Source of the DNA: Ministeria vibrans ATCC 50519
Taxonomy: Eukaryota; Protista; Filasterea
Direction of reading: 5' to 3'
DNA: 38,644 bases
Assembly: GCA_943704425.1 (NCBI GenBank)
Contig: CALSCP010001569.1
Span: 1 to 38,644 of the forward strand
The translations under genes and the position numbers were made by a program. How positions within the stretch are numbered: the stretch's first letter is position 1; the number at the start of each line of letters is the position of its first letter. Of the stretch, positions 30,645 through 38,644 are shown in pieces. Under the pieces are notes generated by a model, which was given only the letters and a program-made list of their open reading frames with translations, did no database searches and was not told the origin of the DNA.

Positions 30645-30770
30645 AATTGTAATAATTATTAATAATTTTTGGTTTGAACTTTGACTGTCTATTTGATCGT
30701 TGACTGATTTGACAGCGTTTCGACTCAATTGAAAAAATCAAAAAAAAAACAATCAACTTTGTCTTCTGTG

Positions 30771-32629
30771 ATGAAGATCCATTGGAAATTTCTGCAACAC
30801 AACGGCCCGCTCTTCTGCAAGCCGTTCGTTCCGCGCGGCCTGCCCGTCTACGTCGGCAAGGAGAACGTCTCGCTGGCGACCGCCGGAGAGCATCTCGCGT
30901 ACATGTATGCGCGCACGCTGCTCTCCAAGAGCGGCCTGCCTCCCATCGGCAAGGCCAACTTCTGGAAAGCATTCCGCAAACACGTACCGAGCGCGAAAAG
31001 CCTGGACGAATGCGATTTTAGCCGTTGGGTCAATGAAGTCAAAAACGAACGCGACACACTTCGCGCCGCCCGCGCTCAGCTCTCGAGGACGGACCGCGAA
31101 AACGGGGCGCGCGAGCTCGTCGAGCGCTACGGCACAGCCATTGTGGACGGTCGCAAGGAGCCCATCCTCAACTTTCGCATGGAAGCACCGTAAGTGGCGC
31201 TGTCAACGCAGCGCGTCAGTGTGTGTTGTTGACGGCCTCTTCTCTTCGTAGCGGTCTGTTTATCGGTCGTGAATCCGAGTACTCCGGCAGACCCAAGCTG
31301 CGTGTGCTACCTGAAAAGGTAACGATCAATCTGAGCAAGGACGCGGTGGTGCCTACGCCATCGTGTGGCGGCAAGTGGGCCAAAGTAGTGCACATGCCGC
31401 ATGTCAGTTGGCTTGCGAGCTGGGCCTGTCCCGTCACCGGAGGTAGAAAGTACACCTCTCTGGGCGTGACAAGTGTCCATCGTTTCAAGTCAGAACGCGC
31501 AAAGTTCCAAGTGGCGCGCAAGCTAAAACAGAACCTCAAGCAAGTGCGCCGGGCGTATTCGCAGCTCTTGAAAAGCAAGCTGGAACACGAGCGACAGTTG
31601 GGCACGGCTGTGTACCTTATCGACACGATGTGCATCCGCGTGGGCAGCACTACTACCAGGAGTTCGGCGAGGGATTTGGTAGCGCGACAAAAGCTCGGCA
31701 TTGCAGACACGGTCGGCTGTTGTTCACTTCGCTGCGAGCACGTCCGCGTCGAACGTGTGTCGCCCAAAGTCCACTACCTGCACCTTGACTTCCTGGGCAA
31801 GGACGCAGTGCCCTACAAGCGCTCCGTTCAGGTGCCGCCCCAAGTCTACCGCAACCTTGCGGAGATGCTCAAGGACAAGCACCCGTCCGCGCGCGTCTTT
31901 TGTCGGACCACCTCGCTCGCCGTCAACCGCTACCTACAGTCCCTCATGCCCGAGCTCTCCGCCAAGGTCTTCCGCACCTGCAACAGCTCGCTTACCATGC
32001 AGAAAGCGCTGAACATACCGATACCCGCTGCGGCTACGCCCGAGTACAAAGTGTCGCAGTTTCGCCTGGCCAACCTCGACGTCGCTCGGCTGTGCAATCA
32101 CCAAAAGGGCTCTGGCATAGATCAGAAGAGTGCCGATCTGCAATGCAGGATTGAACAAGCGTGGGACAGGGTGAAGGAGGGACGCAAGGACGTCAAGGCG
32201 TTGAAGGTGCAGGTCGGTTTAGCAACGGAAGCGCTCGCACGATGGCCCGAACAGACCAGGAAGACGCGACAGAAAAAGAAGATGCTCAAGAGGTCGGACG
32301 CAAAGAAGAAGGCACAAATGGAGGATGAGGGCAGGGAACGTGACAAGCTGCTGGTTAAAGAAAGCAAGGCATTGCTGAGGAAGGAATCTTTGAAGCTGCG
32401 CTCGAGCGAGGTGGCGCTTGTCAAGGCTCGGGAGTGTATGGACGAGCACAAGCGGTTTGGGCCCTTTTCCCTCTCGACATCTCGCATCAACTACATCGAC
32501 CCACGCATCATCATCACCTGGGCCAATCGCAACAATGTGCCCATCACTAAGGTCTACGCTCCGACCGAGCTTGCCAAGATGCAATGGGCCATCAAGGAAA
32601 TCAAGCGCAACAATCATTTCAACTTCTAA
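30771..32629 (+). CDS. TOP1: DNA topoisomerase IB, about 598 aa, lacking the N-terminal charged domain; one intron 31190-31251
   Basis: WKFLQHNGPLF, EAP|GLFIGR, catalytic R (IRVG), K (FLGKD), R (KVFRT), H (LCNHQ), Y (INYIDPRI). Confidence 0.92.
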
Positions 32630-32813
32630 TGTATATAAATATTATTGATGTAACATTATTATTATTGATGTAACATATAATTATGTTTTGGTTTGGTTGG
32701 TTTTACATGTCTCTTTTAATAATGCTAATGATACGAAGTCTCTTAAAATGAAATAAATAAAGTAATTTTTCATATTAATTTTTTATTATTTTTTTATTAT
32801 TTGCACACCTTCA

Positions 32814-35800
32814 ATGTCTCGCCGACGTGTCGATCGTTCATCAAGTTACACCGCTTCTTATGGCACGGACGTGTTGCCGGTCATGACGGAACCGTCTAAA
32901 CACCGCAAAAGGTACAACAACATCACGCTCTCCCCCCTCCCCCGCACGGCCTCTCGCGCCCTTCTGCTCACCATCGCGCCGCCTATTTATAGCTCCAAGG
33001 GCCGCAAGAGTGCCAACGTCCATGCCGTGAACCTGAGCAATGCGCGCATCACGGGTGTCATTCCGGAGAGCACCTTGCTACAATTGCTGCAGTCGGAAAA
33101 GAGACTGAGTGACGGTGGCCGCGTCAAACGGCGTGCGGGAACAGGTACCCCGTTTGCCAATGCGCTCAAGTGCCCTTTACCCCCTACGTCTTACCTAAAA
33201 ACAACGGAACAGCCCCTCAAGAGGCGATTATCTTTTTTTTTCTTCTTTTTTCGTTGCCCCTGCCAACCAACATGAAAACCCACAATCTCGCTTATTTTCC
33301 CGCAATCTTTCATCCCTCGACACTCCCACTTGATGTATAACTGCATGTATGTATGTTTTTTCCTCTTACAACCCCCTTTCCTCCAACATTAACCAGAATC
33401 AATTTTTAATATCCGCCATCATAATAATAATATTTTTATTGTAGCCAACTCGTCGTCCATGACAACGGGCGCCACAGTCGCGCTACGGCCCTCGCGTCAT
33501 CTGCACAGCATGGTGGGCGAGGCGTCCAATGACGATGAGGAGATGGCGCGTGCCAAACGGTACCTCGACATGGCACGCGAGCACCTGTCGCACGAGGAGG
33601 ATGAGGAAGCAGTGCAGATTGCCATTGGCAATGCTCTCGCCGTCGTGAATCGAGCCAAGGGCCATCACACGCATGCGCACTCGTCCCCCGATCACCATCA
33701 TCATCAACAACAACTCAAGGGTGCCGGTGTGCGACGTACCCAAAGTACCATGTCCGAGTCATATGAGGTGCACTCGTCGTCACACGCCAACAAGCGACGC
33801 ATCGCTGCGCAAGAGGTCGAGCTGATGCGCCGCGAAGTCGAAGAGCTCCGTCTTGAACTGCAGTCTACCAAGACGGAACTTACTTCACGCGAAGAGGACC
33901 TGGAGCGTAGCCAAAACGAGGCACGACGACAACAGCACGAGCAGACGCTGGAGATGACGCAGTTGGCGGAGCAACGCGAACGCGAGCGACTCGAAAAGCT
34001 TCAAGAAGAGCTGGAGACAATGCGCAAGGCGTGGGGACTCACGTACGATCGACTTGAGGGTACCGAGCGAGCACTGGAGTTGCTTCAACGCAAAACGGAC
34101 ACAGACGACTCGAAGATGCGCGAACTGGAAGAGAAGACAATGCGCGCCGAGCTGGAACTGGAGCGCACGGGACAAGAACTGGAGCGACAACGCGAGCTGC
34201 GCGAACGCGAACGACGTGAGCGAGAAGAACGGGAACGAAAACGAGCGGAGGCGGAGAAAAAGTCGCTGATGCAGCAGCAGAGGTCGGAAGAGACGAACGG
34301 TAGCAAGAAGAGCAGTGATTCACTGGCGGAGATTGAGGCGCGCATTCTCAAGGCAGTGCAGCGCGAGCATGACGCCACCGCCCCGCAGGGGGCCAAGGGA
34401 AAGTTGGTGCGCGAACGACAGGACGACGACGACATGTACCTGACGCGCGAAGAGCTGATTGCGCGCCGTGTCGAGTCGGAGCTGCGTCGACGCATGGAGG
34501 CCGAGGTGCGCGAGCAGGTTCTGGCCGAGCTGGAGCGGGCACCCAAAACAGTCGACACGCAGACGGACGCGAGCGACGTGACGCCCCAGCACACGCTCAA
34601 GCGCAACAAGTCGGTCCAGCGAGAGCGCACGGAGGTCAAGGTGGGCGACGAATGCGGCGATGGCTCGCGCGTCGTCAGTGTGTCGGGAGCAAGTCCAACC
34701 TATGCGCCCGGCACCAGGCGCACACACAAGGTCACCCGCCGTCGCCGCCACCACTCGACATTGGGCTCGCAAGACAGCGCCGAGATGGGCGGCGAAGAGG
34801 CCATGCAACAGCATTACGACGAGGGTGGTGCACGTGGTGCGCGCGCGTCGTCATCCATGTCGATGACCAACATGGCAGACGTCGACCCGCAGGTGGACTC
34901 AGCGCTGGCCGGCCTTCGCTCAGAGCTTTCGCGCGTGCAGGCACACCAGCAGGCTCTGCAGATCTCGCGCCACCAGGGAGCGCTCTTTGCGGCCAGCTCT
35001 GCGTCGAACGGCGCCACTCCGCGCGGTAGTCCCATGCCGATGCGCGCTTCACCTGCTCAGCTGCGCTCCGCAAGCACTGCCAGCTTTGGACCTCCTCAGG
35101 CGGTGACAGATGCCACAGCGGGCGAGGAGTACCGCCGTTCAGTGATCACTCGCCAGCGCAGTCTCCAGTCGCTCGTGGGCACTGGTACCGGTACAGGTAG
35201 TGCTGCCATGGCCATTGAGCTGAATCGGCGTGCGGGCGGGCGCACCAGCCCCGTCCGCAGTACGTCTCATGCAGTCTCGTCGCAGGCACAGCAGGTGCCT
35301 CTGCAGCAGCGTCTCGAGGCCATGTCGCACGACGCCGATGTGTTGCGCCAGCGTGCGCTGCAGCTGCAGCCTGCCGACGAGTGGGAGCGCATGCTAGCGC
35401 TGCTTGCCGAACTGCGCAAGGTCTTGGTCAAGCTGCCACCCATGATCCGCAATCGCACTTGGCTCGCCGTCGCCACACGTCACGTTGCCACTGCGTCCAG
35501 CACCCTCGCCGACCTCATGCAGCGTTTTCCAGCCTACCTTGCGCAATCTTCGGACCGTACCACCGCCGACACCTTTCTGGCAAACGGTCAGGCATTTCGC
35601 ACCAACGTCGAGCGTGTCACGACTGGCCAGGCCGTCTCGGAGAGTCAGATGCTCCGCTCCATCAGCGATGCGCAGGAGTCCACCTCCGCCATGCACCAGG
35701 TTGTCGCCGGCGCTCGTCACCGCCAACAGCCCATTTCGCCATACGCCTCGTCGAGCACAGCTGTTGTGCCTCCCGTCATCACTACGGCGCCTACGCCCGA

Positions 35801-35819
35801 GCCCACCTCAGTCAACTGA
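32814..35819 (+). CDS. Large coiled-coil protein of unknown function (exons 32814-33144 and 33445-35819)
   Basis: A phase-1 GT(33145)-AG(33444) intron joins the 153-aa and 786-aa ORFs in frame; long E/R/Q heptad region. Confidence 0.7.
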
Positions 35820-35958
35820 TTGTGAACTGATCATGTGAATCGCGAAGTAAAACAAATTATTTCATTCTTTTTTCTCTTTTTATTCATATTTTTGGTGTCA
35901 AGCGCGTTGTGGCGTCCCCTAATCGGTATCAGTCGTTGTTCGACTGTGTGAGGCAGTG

Positions 35959-36465
35959 ATGGCGCCACCGCAATTGAAAGGTGTCGACATCAAACCATAA
36001 CAATTGACGTTTGAAATCCAAGATTGAACTTGTCGCTTTTTCTCGTAGGGTAAGTGAACAGGGCTAGCATACGGCCGGGGAGGGGAGAGAGCTTCTCTAG
36101 TGTAACCGGTGCGTGCTGCGTAGACTCATTCTGCTTTCGTTTCTGGCGTCAATGGGCGTTCTGATGATCATTCTGGCGTGCACTCAGTTTGGCCATGTCT
36201 TCTGGCCCATGCTCGTCGGTAGGCGCCCTCCCCCGCCGCCCCCCTCCCCGCGGGGATGCTGACCCGCACCCCCCTGCCCGTCTGTAGGTCTGACGTACGT
36301 CCTTGCGCCCATCCCCACTCTCATCGGCAATCGCTGTTCGCGCGACTCCTTCTCCTACTCCGCCCGCAATCCCTGCATGGAGGTCGCGTACTTCATGACG
36401 TCGGCCATCGTTGTCAGTGGCTTTGGCATTCCAATTGTCCTGGGACACGCCAAGGCTGTAAGACC

Positions 36466-36505
<40 letters not shown>

Positions 36506-36655
36506 GTGGTATTGTCGCTTACCGTTTGCTCCTTTCCCTTTCAGATTCAAGTGGGTGCGATGGTGTTGACCCTGCTTGGCAATCTTCTTGTGTTCCTCAC
36601 CATTGTGCTCTACATCAAGTTTTTCGGCGGGTCGCGCGATGACGACAGCTGGTGA
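35959..36655 (+). CDS. VPS55: Vps55/LEPROT (OB-RGRP) family membrane protein; exons 35959-35980, 36049, 36124-36218, 36288-36457, 36545-36655
   Basis: LILLSFLASMGVLMIILAC, FWPMLVGLTYVLAPIP, EVAYFMTSAIVVSGFGIPIVLGH, GAMVLTLLGN, FGGSRDDDSW. Confidence 0.9.
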
Positions 36656-36819
36656 TGGTGACGCGCATGTCGAACCAAACTCAAAACAATCATGAATGTA
36701 TAACAACATTATAATATTCTAACGAAGGCAAACATTGTATCTTGCTTTACTGGAAAGGGGTGGAGGAAAAAAAAAACAAATTAAAATGGAGGGGACGAAA
36801 GAGCAGAAGGCAAGGAGAA

Positions 36820-38414
36820 TCAGTGAGGAGGGGAGGATTGAGCGACAATGTCGGGAAGATCCGTGTGCGAGACATCGAGACCAAGGGAGACAGCACGGTC
36901 CATCATGCCCACAATGGCCTTGCGCCCAATTGCATTCTACGCCAGCGACGAGACGGGACAAACAAACAGAGGAAGGTCAATGAGTGCAAAGTGTGGGTCA
37001 ATAAAGTGAACAAAGGTGAGTGAGTGTTCACGAGTGCACGGTGCGTCTGTGCGAATACGCGGATGTGAATATAATGTATAACATATATTACCTGCTCGGG
37101 TGTCTTTGCCTTGGTCTTAATCTCTGTGTACACCTGTGATACGGCATTGAGGAATGCCTCACGGCTCTTCGGTGTCCACGATGGGTTTAGCCGCCCTTGC
37201 GTCGACGGAAACATCTTCTCCATCTCCGACACTGACTGAGCGTGCTTTTGTGCCTCGGCACTCGACAACTATGTAACATGAAAAGTTCACTTTCCGCCGC
37301 ACACAAACACATAATATGTATCTTATATTCAAACACACACACACGCACACACACACACACACTCCCTACCTCAAGAAGGTCCTTTTGAGTAACCTTGACG
37401 CCATCATTTTGTGCAGCGGCCACAAGTCGCTCCAGAACCTCATGGCCAATCTCGCGCGCAGCCTTGGTTGTGCCCAGACGCGAAACCTCGTCGGCCACGC
37501 CCGCAATCACAACCTTGTACTGCGACTTGTCCGGCACCGTCCAGTCCCCACTCAGCATTCCCTTGCACGACGGGTACATCTCCTCTGCCTCTTTTACAAA
37601 CTTCGCCTGCGACGCAGCATTCTGCTCCGGTGTCCCATAGTACTCACGCATCTACAACAATTAAAAAAAAAATTAAAGAAAAAGAGAAAGAAAAAGACAC
37701 AAGCCGAGTTAGAATCTCTCAAACAACAACAACAACAAAAAATAACAAAAACTAAACAAAAAAAAATAGTCAATGCTCACCAATGCAAAGTTTTCCCAAT
37801 GAGCGCGCCAGCCCACATCTGCTAATCGAGCGTTCACCTGTGAGCACCACATTTCGCGCTCCTTCACCCAGTCGGTCCGCCTGAAAAACTCATTCGAATC
37901 GATGTGGAGCAGGTTGTAAATCTCCTCCTCGTTCCACGGGTAGAGCGGCGCAGCCGTGTCGTCGCGCTTGTACAGCTGCTCGGGAAGCGGCGGCGGGATG
38001 TTGCGCTCGTACGTAGAACCACCAGGGTCCGCCGGATCTGCACAGCGTATGGAGTGTGTGTGAGTGTGCGTGTGGGTGGGGGTGTGCGTGTGAGTGTGAG
38101 TGAGAGAAGAGTTGAAAACGATCAAAACATGGGTTTTTTTTTTCGTTGACGCAGTGCCGTCGCATCCACAAGTCATTGTTCGCCACGAGCCTTGCAGATC
38201 AGACGCAACGGACAGCACCCCGGCCCCTGGGCCTGGCGCCGGGCGCGCTGTCCGTGCACACGGCCCGCCATTCCCTCCTTTTCCCTTTTTTTCTCTTTTC
38301 CTTACGTATATATGGTTGTGGATGAAGAATTTCGAAGAGCTCTTTCTCGCCAGCCTCGACGATCATCCCTGCTGCTCTGGGGTCGGTCACATTGCGGTTC
38401 TTTTCGAATCGATC
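36820..38414 (-). CDS. NDUFB9: Complex I subunit NDUFB9 (B22, LYR family) with a long C-terminal extension; 5' exon(s) unresolved or outside the window
   Basis: Exons 38414-38306, 38037-37781, 37651-37370, 37268-37092 and 36936-36820 splice in frame; DRFEKNRN...AGEKELFEILHPQPYI|HPADPGGSTYERN matches NDUFB9 RARFEEHKN...HPQPYIFPDSPGGTSYER. Confidence 0.82.
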
Positions 38415-38644
38415 CTGCAAGAAGAAGAGCAACTTAGAAAAAACGAAAACGCCTTGTCTCTCCTGGAAGACGGCCAAAGGAGCAGGGCGCGCCGACGCGA
38501 ACCCGTCCTGTATTGGCCCATGATGGGGTTCCGCGCGCTACCGTGCCGTATGGCGTTTCTGTTTTTGGGCTGATGTTCTTGTCAAAAAAAAGGAAATCAA
38601 TCACAAACATTGCCAACTCTTCAGAATCGCCAGTCCTTATCAAC

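Overview
Gene-dense eukaryotic DNA with short GT-AG introns (mostly about 60-100 bp), AT-rich intergenic gaps and TTAGGG-type telomeric repeats. The gene content is animal/opisthokont-like, so a unicellular holozoan-type protist is plausible but unproven. The left 10.5 kb looks like a subtelomeric accessory/defence region. It holds an unannotated open frame with non-LTR-retrotransposon APE-endonuclease motifs beside short (CCCTAA)n tracts, then a head-to-head gene pair. The pair is (i) an intronless, kinase-less LRR-Roc-COR (Roco) gene with 21 near-identical, shuffled 69-bp LRR modules and (ii) a spliced gene that the ORF track breaks into pieces. Reassembled, the second gene encodes a CXorf38/DUF4559-like HEPN domain, a transmembrane helix, an NB-ARC/STAND NTPase and TPR-like repeats, with many N-glycosylation sequons after the helix. 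This suggests a membrane-spanning NLR-like receptor with a cytosolic RNase effector. The rest is mostly housekeeping: M14 carboxypeptidase, a UBE3A-like HECT ligase split around ECM29 and an assembly gap, coiled-coil proteins, a FAM122/PABIR-like gene, a zinc MDR dehydrogenase head-to-head with PEX16, a short divergent topoisomerase IB, VPS55 with an apparent 1-nt micro-exon, and NDUFB9 with a tandem-duplicated C-terminal extension. All homology calls are by-eye motif recognition; no searches were run.
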